DNA of 64,000 nt from a virus, in IMG/VR virus record IMGVR_UViG_3300036859_000973, positions 1 through 64,000 of that record; one strand, 5' to 3'. Positions 18,147-28,128 of this stretch are shown in pieces. The notes under the pieces were generated by a model that made no database searches, was not told the DNA's origin, and saw only the letters and a list, made by a program, of their open reading frames with translations. Numbering within the stretch: position 1 is the stretch's first letter; each line of letters starts with the position of its first letter. The position numbers and the translations under genes are program-made.

Positions 18147-21065
18147 ATGGCCGGCGTCGTCGCGCTCGTCAAGCGCATCTTCTTGAAGGACGCCAGCGGC
18201 GCGACGGTCAATCCTGCAACGAAGGAGGGGCTGACCGAGGTCAAGGACGTCCTCGACGACCTCAACGCGCGGATCGACATCGTCTCTGAGAAGGCGTATC
18301 ACGCGCAGCCGATGTTGTATCTCGTGTTCTCGCCGGTGTCGCCGACGTTCGTCACCCTCGGCGACGACGACATGACCTCGCCGATCGCCATGCCGTTCGC
18401 CTTCGAGTTCTTCGGCGAGGCTGTGACGACCTTCCGCATCAGTTCCAACGGCTTCATCACGTTCAGCGGCAGCGCGGCAGCGCACCAGCGCCCCGTCGGG
18501 CCCATCCCCAACATCCTCCACAGGGAGCCGGCCGCGGGCGGCATCCTCGCGCCAGCCATCTATGCGTGGTCCGATGACCTGGATCCTTCCCTGCCGGGAA
18601 GCTCGATCTGGTACGAGGTCTTCGGGACCGCCCCGAACCGCAGGCTCATCATCAACTGGACGAGCAAGTTGTTCAGCGGCCTGGGCCCCGTCACGTTCCA
18701 GGCGCACCTCATCGAGACGGACAACACGGTCCAGATCCACACCACCAACACGGTTCTCGACTTGTCGGGCACCGACGCCGGGTTCAACATCCAGGGCCTC
18801 GAAGGATCGGATGGCGTCCAGGCGGCCTACATCGAGGGGCGCCAGGGCAAGACCAAGCTGCTCCTGAGTTCGGACGCTGTCGCCTTCATCCCCTTCGACA
18901 GGGTTCGCACCGCGACGACGGAGCCGCTCCCCGTCCGCGCCCTCCAGATCTCCCCGCTCGACACCTACATGAGCTTCGACCAGGCGCTCAGCGGAGCGTC
19001 CTCGAAGGTCACGAACTGGAGCCGCATCGACGACATCCACTGGCTCGACTTCCTCGTCGAGCTTGGCGCAGCGCAGGCCTGCACGGCCACCATCGAGTTC
19101 ACGAGCGCCGCCGACCCGAACGTGACGTCGCCCGGTGCGGGCGACGTGACGCGCGCAATCAGCACCACCATCGCGGGCGCGAGCCTGGGCGGCATCACCA
19201 AGCCGAGCTTCGGCATCCCTGCGCAGGGCCTCTGGGCGCGCATCACCGTCACCAACCTGGTGGGCAGCGGCACGGTGAAGGTGCGCGCGTACCGCGTCGA
19301 GGAGGCGCAGGCATCGGCCCAGGTCCCGCTGGCCACGACGCTGACCAAGGACTTCCGCGCCAGCATCACCCGCGCGGTGATCTCCGGGCAGCGCCGCACC
19401 GCGGCCGCGGGCTTTGCCAACGCTGGCCTCACTGCGCTGGACGAACTCATCGTGAGGGACCAGAAGGTCCACGTCACCCAGACAGGCTCACTGTTTCAGG
19501 AGGGCATCCTCGATCACGTCACCCTCAAGTTCAGCCGTGACGGCGGCGCAGCGAGCCTCGCCAAGCTCGTGAACGCCTATGCGGCTGGCGGCGGCACCGT
19601 CGTCCAGGACACCGTGGAAGGCCAGGCGGTGTTCGCCACGCCCGCGGCCGCGGGCAAGATCGCGTACTTCGAGTCCAACAAGACGCTGAAATACAACGCC
19701 GGCCACACGAACCGCTTCGAGCAGACCATCAGGATCGACACGACGAACCTCGTCGGCAACGCCGCGGTGGAGTGGGGCGCGGGCGAGGACGATGGCTCTG
19801 GGAACATCCTGAATGGCATCTACTGGCGTCTCGACACCACCGGCCTCCGCGTCCGCCGCAAGAAGAACGGCGTGGTCGTCAGCGACGTGGCGCAGGCCAG
19901 CTTCAACCGTGATCCCCTCTTGGGCCAAACGGGCTCGTTGTTCCGCACGGCTGACGCGCCCGTCGCCATCAACGCAGCGAAGAACAACTACTACCTCGGC
20001 CAGTTCGAGTGGCTCGGCGCTGCCCCGCCGCACTACGAGGTACAAGGCCCCACGGGCGACATCATCCTCGCGCACGTCGAGGAGTACCCGAACACGGCCA
20101 CGGGCAGCACCGTGCCAGAGCCGGAGTTGCCGCTGTTCGTGCGCATCCAGAACGACACCACCGTGGGCGGCATCATCGAGGTGCGCAGCGGCTCCTGGCG
20201 CGGCGGCGAGCACAGCAACCGCAGCATCCAGACTGGCAGGCAACCGGACGAGGACCTCGTGGACCTCCGGGCCGACGGAACGGCGTGGACCACGAGTACG
20301 CCCTTGGGTATCAGCGGCACGTTCCTGTCGCCCATCGTGGACACGGACGGGTACGCCAGCCTCGAAATCTTCATCGCGGCGGACCAGATCTCGGCCAGCA
20401 ACGGCATCGAGATCGAGTTCTTCGAGGACGTGCAGGTTCCCGTGCCGGTCGTGAAGGGCACGATCCGCATGGAGTTCGCCACCTCGGACGTGTCAGCCGG
20501 CTTCCGCGTCATCCCGCTGCCGGCGCTGCTGGATGGCTGCCGCGTGCGCTACATCAACGGCGGTACTGCGCAGGGCTCGTTCTTCGCCGCGCTGAACCTG
20601 CGCACGCAGCCCATCGCGCCGGAGGACACGGCGCGCGCGACGATCAAGGACAGCACGCTCATGCTCCTCGTGCGTGGCCTGCTGAACGCGAAGGATGGTA
20701 CCACGGGCACCTACGCGAACATCGACAGCGAGGGCGGCGGCCTCAACGTCAACATCAAGAACTCCACGGGCCGAGTGAAGGTCTCGCCCCTGGCAAACTG
20801 GGATCACAACCAGGTGAGTGTGGGCACCGTGGCCGTGCAGCTATACGCGAGCGCGATGACGAACCAGCAAGCCGTCGGCGTGACGGCGATCGTCAGCGGG
20901 AACAACAACATCTACTGGGGGAACAGCAGCGGCGTGACGACGGGCAACGGGGATTTTCTGCCGAACCAGTCGGAGAAGACCATGGATCTTGGCACCGGCG
21001 ATGAGGTGTGGGTGGTCGCGGACGCGAGCGGCCAGCGCGTGAGCTACCGGAGGATCGCAGAATGA
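18147..21065 (+). CDS. Large multidomain virion/adhesin-like protein with nidogen (NIDO)-like N-terminal domain
   Basis: LGDDD...PFAFEFFGE...ISSNGFITF...WSDDL, followed by several beta-sandwich-like segments; 972 aa. Confidence 0.6.
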   Translation: MAGVVALVKRIFLKDASGATVNPATKEGLTEVKDVLDDLNARIDIVSEKAYHAQPMLYLVFSPVSPTFVTLGDDDMTSPIAMPFAFEFFGEAVTTFRISSNGFITFSGSAAAHQRPVGPIPNILHREPAAGGILAPAIYAWSDDLDPSLPGSSIWYEVFGTAPNRRLIINWTSKLFSGLGPVTFQAHLIETDNTVQIHTTNTVLDLSGTDAGFNIQGLEGSDGVQAAYIEGRQGKTKLLLSSDAVAFIPFDRVRTATTEPLPVRALQISPLDTYMSFDQALSGASSKVTNWSRIDDIHWLDFLVELGAAQACTATIEFTSAADPNVTSPGAGDVTRAISTTIAGASLGGITKPSFGIPAQGLWARITVTNLVGSGTVKVRAYRVEEAQASAQVPLATTLTKDFRASITRAVISGQRRTAAAGFANAGLTALDELIVRDQKVHVTQTGSLFQEGILDHVTLKFSRDGGAASLAKLVNAYAAGGGTVVQDTVEGQAVFATPAAAGKIAYFESNKTLKYNAGHTNRFEQTIRIDTTNLVGNAAVEWGAGEDDGSGNILNGIYWRLDTTGLRVRRKKNGVVVSDVAQASFNRDPLLGQTGSLFRTADAPVAINAAKNNYYLGQFEWLGAAPPHYEVQGPTGDIILAHVEEYPNTATGSTVPEPELPLFVRIQNDTTVGGIIEVRSGSWRGGEHSNRSIQTGRQPDEDLVDLRADGTAWTTSTPLGISGTFLSPIVDTDGYASLEIFIAADQISASNGIEIEFFEDVQVPVPVVKGTIRMEFATSDVSAGFRVIPLPALLDGCRVRYINGGTAQGSFFAALNLRTQPIAPEDTARATIKDSTLMLLVRGLLNAKDGTTGTYANIDSEGGGLNVNIKNSTGRVKVSPLANWDHNQVSVGTVAVQLYASAMTNQQAVGVTAIVSGNNNIYWGNSSGVTTGNGDFLPNQSEKTMDLGTGDEVWVVADASGQRVSYRRIAE

Positions 21066-21319
21066 GTTCGACGCCCTTGACCCTGCGCTGGGCAGAGCAG
21101 GTCCGATGGACCGTCGTGGCCAGCGGGGAGAACACGGATCTCATCCGCGTCCACATCGAGGGGCGCAATCCCGTGGACATCCAATCCGGCGAGTCCAGGA
21201 CCATCGACTTCCTCTTCGTCCCCGGAGAGCCCGGCGACGTGCCGCGCACCCCCAGGGTCCACTTCTTGAGCGCAGGCCTCTTGCAGGAGTTTGAACTCCA
21301 GGACGAGGTGCCGCTATGA
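21062..21319 (+). CDS. Hypothetical beta-rich protein
   Basis: ATGA-coupled ORF. Confidence 0.6.
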   Translation: MSSTPLTLRWAEQVRWTVVASGENTDLIRVHIEGRNPVDIQSGESRTIDFLFVPGEPGDVPRTPRVHFLSAGLLQEFELQDEVPL

Positions 21320-22503
21320 CGCGCCTCGGCGGCCGCGGCATGAGCGGGCGCATGGGGGGTGGCGGTGGCGCAGGCGGGACGGGAGGCGCCCCTCCCCCGT
21401 CGCCGCCCACGGTCGAGGGCACGACGGACCTCGTCAACGTGCAGTTCGACCTGATGTTCGATGCTCTCGACGTCGCAACCGACCTGCCGAACCTCCAGGC
21501 GGTGTCGCAGATCACGGCATTGGAGGCCGACATCGACTTCCCCAACGTGCAGGCCGACGTGCGGATGGACCTCGACGGGATCTTCGATCTCCCGGACGTG
21601 CGGTTCGACGTCGTGTTCAACAGCCTCGACGTCGCCACGGACCTTCCCAACGCGCAGGCTGACATCGCGCTCACGGAACTCGTCGTCGAGAGCGACATGC
21701 CGAACGCGCAGGCGGACGTCGCGCTCACGGAGATCGAGACGGCCACGGATCTTCCGAACGCGCAGGCCGATGTGGCCCTCACGACGCTGGAGTCGTCGAT
21801 CGACCTGCCCAACGTCCAACTCGACGTCGTGTTCAACGCCCTCGACGTGGCGACGGACTTCCCGAACGTCCAGGCCGACATCGCGTTCAACGCGCTCGAA
21901 GCCTCGTCGGATTTCAAGAACGTCCAGGCGAAGACCAATGCTCTGACGGTGGAGATGCAGCAGAACCTCGCGGAGAAGGACAGCTTCGTGCCCGTCGCCA
22001 CGACACTCGGAGCCTGCAACGATGATGGGAACAAGGACACGCAGGACCTCTTCGTGAGCGCCGCGGCGCTCCAGAACGATGCGCGAGCCTACATGGCGTG
22101 GGACCTCTCGGGCCTGCCGACCGGGATCAGCGACGCCACGCTCATTCCCACGCTGCGGCTCAAGCCAAGCATCAACGGCAACCTCGTGGGCGTCAACCGC
22201 ACGTTCCAGCACATCGCCAACGCTGGCGAGGGGTGGGACGAGACGACCATCAAGTGCAGCACGACCCCTGCCGGCACAGACTTCCAGACGGCAACCCAGC
22301 CCACCGGAACGGCAGACTGGGCCGTCGTCCTCGACGAGGATGCCTCCATCCGCATCGCCGCGCGCATGGGTGTGGGCTTCTACACGGTCGTCGTGCGCGA
22401 CTCGCAGGTCGGGGGGGCGTCCTCGACGTTCGAGAGCAAGGACCAGGGTACGAACGACGACCTGGGCCCGCGGCTGACCATCCAGTTCGACATCGCTGTG
22501 TGA
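21316..22503 (+). CDS. Fibre-like protein: ~18-aa repeats plus C-terminal DNRLRE/CBM96-like domain
   Basis: D(L/F/M)PN(A/V)QAD(I/V)AL repeats; ARAYMAWDLSGLP...WDETTI...FESKD...PRLTI. Confidence 0.7.
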   Translation: MTRLGGRGMSGRMGGGGGAGGTGGAPPPSPPTVEGTTDLVNVQFDLMFDALDVATDLPNLQAVSQITALEADIDFPNVQADVRMDLDGIFDLPDVRFDVVFNSLDVATDLPNAQADIALTELVVESDMPNAQADVALTEIETATDLPNAQADVALTTLESSIDLPNVQLDVVFNALDVATDFPNVQADIAFNALEASSDFKNVQAKTNALTVEMQQNLAEKDSFVPVATTLGACNDDGNKDTQDLFVSAAALQNDARAYMAWDLSGLPTGISDATLIPTLRLKPSINGNLVGVNRTFQHIANAGEGWDETTIKCSTTPAGTDFQTATQPTGTADWAVVLDEDASIRIAARMGVGFYTVVVRDSQVGGASSTFESKDQGTNDDLGPRLTIQFDIAV

Positions 22504-22508
22504 CCAAC

Positions 22509-22997
22509 ATGGAAGTGAACATCCCCCTCAAGATCCGCAGCTACACCCACGTCTGGACTGAGGTCATCTTCAACGGCGTGCCGCCGACCACGCCCCTGGA
22601 CGAGTGCGTCCGCAGCTTCAACGAGCGCCACCGCGAGCTATGGCTCCAGGAGGGCAAGCCGACGCCCCGGCCGGCCAGGATCATCGCGCAGCAGGAAAAC
22701 GCCTACTGCCGGGCCGACGAGTGCCAGCATCCCCACCATGATGGTCCCTGCATGGAACTGGTGCGCACACCAGAGGGCGAGGCGCGGTGCTGGTGCGAGA
22801 ACGAGGAGGTGCCGGCCCATGTCGGCCTCGTCCTCTCCGCCTATGCGAACCTCAAGCGCGGAGACAAACTGTTGGTGGCTAAGAACTGGCAGCACCTCCT
22901 GGGAGAGGAAGTGCTGTACCTCGGCAACGGCAGGATCCGCGTCGATGTCACGCTTCGGACGAGCAGGATGAAGAAGAACGGGGGATGCTGCGGATGA
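22509..22997 (+). CDS. Cys/His-rich hypothetical protein
   Basis: CRADECQHPHHDGPC...CWC; ends GGCCG. Confidence 0.65.
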   Translation: MEVNIPLKIRSYTHVWTEVIFNGVPPTTPLDECVRSFNERHRELWLQEGKPTPRPARIIAQQENAYCRADECQHPHHDGPCMELVRTPEGEARCWCENEEVPAHVGLVLSAYANLKRGDKLLVAKNWQHLLGEEVLYLGNGRIRVDVTLRTSRMKKNGGCCG

Positions 22998-23467
22998 CGT
23001 GCTCGGAGTGCAACGACACGCGGTCGATCATGGTCTTCGGCGCCGACGGCGCCCAGATGCTTCCCTGCGAGGCATGCTACGACACGCCCGAGGCCGTCGC
23101 CGCGCGCGAGCAGGGCCCGCTCTGCGTCTGCGGCTGCCCGAAGGCGCCGCGGCACGGGGGCTACACCAGTCCCGTGGCGTCCTCGGTCACTGGCATCGTG
23201 GGCACGGATGTCGGTGTTGACGTCTCCGCGACCGTGGAGATCATCACGACGCCCGAGGAGATCCCCACTCCAGAGGGCCCCTACGAGATGGCTCTCCGCG
23301 AGGTCAACGAGGAGGTCCGTCTCAGCGAGTGGCGCGGCGACGCGCCCGAGGAGACGGCCGCTTTCGAGAGGGAGCGCGAGCGCCTCAAGTCGCTGACGGC
23401 GGCGCGGCCTGGATGGACTGCGGGCTGCACCGAGCACGCGGACTGCATGAGCTTCCGGGAGGCCTGA
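22994..23467 (+). CDS. Cys-rich Zn-binding hypothetical protein
   Basis: CSEC...CEAC, CVCGC...H...C...C. Confidence 0.65.
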   Translation: MTCSECNDTRSIMVFGADGAQMLPCEACYDTPEAVAAREQGPLCVCGCPKAPRHGGYTSPVASSVTGIVGTDVGVDVSATVEIITTPEEIPTPEGPYEMALREVNEEVRLSEWRGDAPEETAAFERERERLKSLTAARPGWTAGCTEHADCMSFREA

Positions 23468-23471
23468 TCTC

Positions 23472-24323
23472 ATCTCGAACCTCACGTCCACTCAAGGCTT
23501 GGAGTTCATCTTCTCGCGTGCGTTCAACATCAACGGCCCGCCCGGCAAGCTCAGCGGCGTCTGCGTCAGCGACACCGCCAGCGTCCTGACGGCAGCCCAA
23601 ACGACGGTGACGGGGACGACCGTCCACGCCAAGGCCTTCGAGACCACGCCGACGCGGGCTGCGCAGACCTCCACATGCAAGACGCTCTACGGCACGGGCG
23701 ACGCCAACTTCGTCCACAAGGTCATCACGCTCGTCGGCGGCACCGCCTCGCTCCCAGACACGTCTTCGCCCGTTCCGGGTTTCTACGGTGGCATCGACTC
23801 GCTCCAGAGCGTCGGCATCTCGAAGACGTCCTCGTTCTCCCTGCGCCACATCGTCAACCAGACCTTCGTGAACATCGGCACGGGCGGCAACCTCTGGGTC
23901 AATCAGGCCCTCCAACTGCTCATCGACAACCTGTACGACATCTCGCCCCTGAACGCCTCGAAGTTCCTCTCGATGGGGTTCGACGACGGAGCGAGCGCCT
24001 ACGTCGCTGCCGACACGACGTTCACGGGCGCGACAGCGGCGATCAGCATCCTATTCGACGCCACGCCCACGGGCGCGACGGGCGGCGGCACGCCCGTGAC
24101 CGTGACGGCCATCGGCACGATCCCGAAGGGCGGCGCGGGCAACAACATGAACGCGAAGTCCATCAAGCGCATGAACATCAACACCCAGGTCGGGACCGTC
24201 GCGCAGACCGCAGGCGCGATCAGCGGCCTCGGGCCGGGCGTGAGCTTTACCGCAAACCCCATCAGAAAGGAACTGGACTACTCGCTCAAGTGGACCGTCG
24301 TGAGCACGGCCAGCAGCGCGTGA
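23472..24323 (+). CDS. Structural protein with two tandem fibre-attachment-like domains; non-canonical start
   Basis: NLTSTQGLEFIF / NLWVNQALQLLI and AFETTPT / LFDATPT duplication; first ATG/GTG/TTG only at 23499. Confidence 0.6.
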   Translation: MSNLTSTQGLEFIFSRAFNINGPPGKLSGVCVSDTASVLTAAQTTVTGTTVHAKAFETTPTRAAQTSTCKTLYGTGDANFVHKVITLVGGTASLPDTSSPVPGFYGGIDSLQSVGISKTSSFSLRHIVNQTFVNIGTGGNLWVNQALQLLIDNLYDISPLNASKFLSMGFDDGASAYVAADTTFTGATAAISILFDATPTGATGGGTPVTVTAIGTIPKGGAGNNMNAKSIKRMNINTQVGTVAQTAGAISGLGPGVSFTANPIRKELDYSLKWTVVSTASSA

Positions 24324-24328
24324 GGGCC

Positions 24329-24496
24329 ATGACCGTGACCTTGACGCGGGTCGAGACGTGGCAGGCCCAGTCGCAGGCAGAATACGACGTGCTCTCCGCG
24401 CGCGCACAGGAACTCCAGGCGAACCTCTTCGACGTCGATCTCGATCCCAACAACCTCAAGGTCGTCGTCACGTTCACCAAGGACTACGAGGTGTGA
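24329..24496 (+). CDS. Small hypothetical protein
   Basis: MTVTLTRVETW...; RBS-like GAGGG. Confidence 0.6.
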   Translation: MTVTLTRVETWQAQSQAEYDVLSARAQELQANLFDVDLDPNNLKVVVTFTKDYEV

Positions 24497-24500
24497 GGGC

Positions 24501-24887
24501 ATGGGCGCTGGCGTCGGACGGTGGAAGGTCGGCACCGATGCCGACGTCACGGCGCGGTTCATCGACGACGAGGGCGAGATCATCACAGGCACGGCCACCG
24601 TCAAGATCACGCGCCGGAACCCCACCGTCGAGTACCTCCAGTCCGATCTCACGACCTGGGGGGCTACGCCGGTGAGCCACGCCGCCAGCTACATCGCGGC
24701 TGTCGGATGGACGCTCGTGCTCGACGTCCCGCTCAGCGCCGACGGGTTCTACGTCACGGCCGAGCTTACGCACAGCGACCCCGACGTGGTGCCGTGGATC
24801 GAGACGAACTTCGTGACCCAGCAGGACGAGGACGACGTCGAGGTGCAGCAAGCTCCCGTCGAGCCCGCCCTCGTATTTGAGGACTGA
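24501..24887 (+). CDS. Ig-like hypothetical structural protein
   Basis: Beta-rich acidic ORF in the operon. Confidence 0.55.
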   Translation: MGAGVGRWKVGTDADVTARFIDDEGEIITGTATVKITRRNPTVEYLQSDLTTWGATPVSHAASYIAAVGWTLVLDVPLSADGFYVTAELTHSDPDVVPWIETNFVTQQDEDDVEVQQAPVEPALVFED

Positions 24888-24942
24888 GTCGTTTCCGGAT
24901 GGCTTATGTTGGACCGCCGACGTAGAGCGACGGGAGAAGGCG

Positions 24943-26073
24943 ATGGTTTCAGAGCCCTTCGTTGACAACGTCCCCGCCAACGCCTTCATCATCCCGAGGG
25001 GCCGCATCGACTTCCTCAAGACGGCGCTCAAGAGCGGGTCGAGCCTCCTCGCGCCCGACACCGACGCCTTCGCCTACATCGACCTCGTCAGGATCTTCGA
25101 CCCGGACGACAACGATGTCACGGCAGACTGGGAGACGATCGCGCTCGATCCCGACGACGATGATGACATCTACGACGACACCCACGCGAAGTACGTCGGA
25201 AACGCCTCGAAGCGCACCGTCACCGACGGTGTCACGAACAACGGGTCGCCAACGCTGACGAGCGCCACGGCGGCCTTCGTCGCAGGCTCCGACGTCGGCA
25301 AGGCCGTGGTCGGCGCCGGCATCCCCGGGGGCACGACGATCTCCGCCGTCGTGAGCGCCACCCAGGCCACGATGTCGGCCAACGCCACAGCGACCGCGAC
25401 AGGCCTCACCGTGGTCATCGGCACGCCGAACATCGGCCTCTTCCACAACGGCGGCGGCCGGATGGCCCAGAAGATCAAGGCCCCCGACGACGCGGAGGTC
25501 ACGACATCCTCCACCACGCGCCTATGGAAGGTGACGTGGCGCGTCAAGAAGAACGACAGCTTCATCGAGAACTCGGAGAACTTCAACGTCGCCGAGGCCG
25601 GCGTCCTCGTCTTCAACGTGGACGTCGTGACCGTCGCCGAGGTCGAGCGCGGCATTGTCACGAACCTCACCGACCCCGAGATCGAGGACATCATCGTCGA
25701 GGCCACCGACCAGATCGAAGGCCTCCTGGACGCCTGCGGCATCGACGTGGACGGCTTCACCGAGATCCCGCCCCTCGTGCGCAACGGGATCATCAAGTGG
25801 TCGCGCGGGCTCATCTTCCAACGCGACTCCCTCGCGACGGGAGGCCAGATCATCCGCGTGAAGGAAGGCCCCGTCGAAGTCGGCTACTCCAGCACGAGCG
25901 TCCGCACGAGCATCTCCGACTACTTCGACGAGGCGCGGATCGACATCGCGACGTACTGCAAGCGCCACGGCCCGCTCAAGCGCCCGCGGCTCAGGGTCAC
26001 GCGGCAGCTACCGGGAGACGGGGCCTTCGTGCTTGATGGAGAGATCGATACCGCGATCACCCTCGGGCGGTGA
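24943..26073 (+). CDS. Head-tail adaptor with N-terminal Ig-like/beta extension
   Basis: C-terminal VTVAEV...LTDPEIEDII.EAT..I...VKEGPVEVGY adaptor pattern. Confidence 0.65.
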   Translation: MVSEPFVDNVPANAFIIPRGRIDFLKTALKSGSSLLAPDTDAFAYIDLVRIFDPDDNDVTADWETIALDPDDDDDIYDDTHAKYVGNASKRTVTDGVTNNGSPTLTSATAAFVAGSDVGKAVVGAGIPGGTTISAVVSATQATMSANATATATGLTVVIGTPNIGLFHNGGGRMAQKIKAPDDAEVTTSSTTRLWKVTWRVKKNDSFIENSENFNVAEAGVLVFNVDVVTVAEVERGIVTNLTDPEIEDIIVEATDQIEGLLDACGIDVDGFTEIPPLVRNGIIKWSRGLIFQRDSLATGGQIIRVKEGPVEVGYSSTSVRTSISDYFDEARIDIATYCKRHGPLKRPRLRVTRQLPGDGAFVLDGEIDTAITLGR

Positions 26074-26077
26074 GGCG

Positions 26078-26458
26078 GTGCCGTCCTCCGATCCGTGGGA
26101 CTTTTTCGACTTCGTCCACAAGATCGAGCGCGTCGCCGTCACCAAGATGACCGTGGATCAGGCCACGGGCGCTGTCGTCGCTCCGACGACCGTCGTGACG
26201 GTGATCTCCGGCCACGTCTCCTTCGATCCCGAGGAACTCAACGTCCGCGAGCGCTCGGGCATCGCCGAGCGCGGCGACGCGCTCCTGTGGACGGAGACCA
26301 CGCTGGCCATCGGGGACAACGTCAACATCTACCTGGACAGCACGAACACGGTCTTCGACGCCTTCCAGGTCATCGGCGTGCAGCGTCACGACGTCCTCTA
26401 CACCCACGTCAGCACCCCGAACCGGAAGGAGTACGTCCTGCGCCGGAGGGCATCCTGA
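26078..26458 (+). CDS. Head closure protein
   Basis: Size, beta-barrel pattern and synteny. Confidence 0.55.
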   Translation: MPSSDPWDFFDFVHKIERVAVTKMTVDQATGAVVAPTTVVTVISGHVSFDPEELNVRERSGIAERGDALLWTETTLAIGDNVNIYLDSTNTVFDAFQVIGVQRHDVLYTHVSTPNRKEYVLRRRAS

Positions 26459-27063
26459 TGCCACCCCGCGCGACGATCCGGCGCGGGCGCAACATCACGA
26501 TCCTGGACTTCGACAACACGCCGCGCCTCCTCGCGGTGCTGCCGTTCCTCAAGGTCGCTGCCGTCGAGATGGGCGCTGCGGCGCTCAAGCGCGAGATGGA
26601 GAAGATCTTCGCGACGCAGGGCGGCGACGACCCGTGGGGGCCGAACAGCGACCTCACGATCCGCTGGAAGGGCCACAACCGCATCATGCAGGGCCGCACG
26701 GGATCGCTCTCGGATCGCATCGACATCCGGATCGGCAGCGCCGAGATCCCGCCGGTCGAGCGCCCCCACGAGCAACGCCTCATCGGGTGGTTCGACGAGC
26801 CGCACCCGGACTCGGCGACAGGGCTCACCGTGGGCGAGGTCGCGATGGCACACGAGTTCGGCGTCCTCTCCGGCGAGAACCTGCCGCGCCACAGCGGCCA
26901 GGGCAGCGACCCCATCTTCGGCATGACGGGGCGCCGCGGCACCGCCATGGACATCCCGCCGCGCCCGTGGGCGAGCGCCGCGGCCGACGGTCAAGGCGAC
27001 GAGATCCTGGCGAAGATGGAAAGCGGCATCCTTTTCGGCGTCCGGGGGGTGCTCCTCTCGTGA
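26458..27063 (+). CDS. Tail completion/neck protein (Mu gpG / HK97 gp10-like)
   Basis: WGPNSDLTIRWKG...TGSL...AMAHEFG...IPPRPW. Confidence 0.8.
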   Translation: MPPRATIRRGRNITILDFDNTPRLLAVLPFLKVAAVEMGAAALKREMEKIFATQGGDDPWGPNSDLTIRWKGHNRIMQGRTGSLSDRIDIRIGSAEIPPVERPHEQRLIGWFDEPHPDSATGLTVGEVAMAHEFGVLSGENLPRHSGQGSDPIFGMTGRRGTAMDIPPRPWASAAADGQGDEILAKMESGILFGVRGVLLS

Positions 27064-27178
27064 GCTACTGGGCTGTGATGCGCGGCAAGGAGCCCCTCGG
27101 GCTCTTCGTCCTCCAGTCCGACGCCGAGCGCGCCGTCGTGCGCGTGTGGGGCGGCGACGGCTCCGTCCTGGAGGTTGC

Positions 27179-28060
27179 ATGAGCGAGGAGGTCATCGACA
27201 TCGTCGCCGGCCTCGTCAAGCTCCTCCCGGAGACGTTCACCATCGCCAACGGCGACGTCATCGGCGACGATGGCAGCGGTGTGAAGGCCTTCGATGCCGA
27301 GGAGGACGTCGCGCGCCCCGCGTACCCGTACATCACGGTCCAGCGGCTTCCGCAGCCGCGGATCTCCCAGTTCAACGAGTTCTTCGAGGCCAAGGTCAAG
27401 CTGGTCGATCAGACGGACCGGCTCTACGCGGGCGCGACGCCAGGCGATGGCGCGGTGGGCGAGGCCGCGCTCGGCGAGCCCGTCACGCCCGAGGGCGCGA
27501 CGCCGACGATCTACCCGCTCTCGCAGAAGGACGTGAGCAGCATCGTGGCCGTCGAGGCCTCCGTGGGCGGCAGCTACGTCACCCTCGCGTCCTCGAACTA
27601 CCAGATCGTCGAGCTTGAGGGCTACACGACGGGCAGCGCCATCGAGTTCACCGGGGCGGCGCCGGACGCCGGCACGACGTTCACCGTTTCCTACAAGCAC
27701 AAGCTTTACCAGGTGACGAACGCGAACCAGGTCCGCCACACCCTGCGCCTGTTCGTCTGGTGCGGCCCGCTCGCGCCCGGCGCGCGCGGCGCGACCGTGT
27801 TCTACCCCAAGTCCAGGCTCGCCGAGCAGCTTTCCCAGGCCGTCCTGGGCGCGCTGGCGCGCGTGCAGGGGCAAGCTCTCGACAGCGGCAACACGGCCAA
27901 GATCGGCGCCGCGGCGAGCATCGGCACGATCCCCACGGACCAGGCCGAGTCCTTCATGCGGGCCGCCATCGACGTCCTCGTCCACCAGCACCAGCGCGTC
28001 GTGATCCTGGAAGCCGAAGCTGTCGGCCGCATCGTGGCGGCGCCGGAAGCGACCGTCTGA
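27179..28060 (+). CDS. Tail terminator with inserted beta domain
   Basis: PAYPYITV motif; lies before the sheath gene. Confidence 0.6.
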   Translation: MSEEVIDIVAGLVKLLPETFTIANGDVIGDDGSGVKAFDAEEDVARPAYPYITVQRLPQPRISQFNEFFEAKVKLVDQTDRLYAGATPGDGAVGEAALGEPVTPEGATPTIYPLSQKDVSSIVAVEASVGGSYVTLASSNYQIVELEGYTTGSAIEFTGAAPDAGTTFTVSYKHKLYQVTNANQVRHTLRLFVWCGPLAPGARGATVFYPKSRLAEQLSQAVLGALARVQGQALDSGNTAKIGAAASIGTIPTDQAESFMRAAIDVLVHQHQRVVILEAEAVGRIVAAPEATV

Positions 28061-28128
28061 GCCCGCCAGAAGCAAATCGCCGACTTCAAGTACCTCGGTG
28101 AAGCCTTTCGCCACCGGAGCGGACAGCT

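Noticed and set aside
21420-21960. CRISPR-like periodic repeats
   Set aside because: The repeats are degenerate, in frame and protein-coding, with no unique spacers or cas genes.
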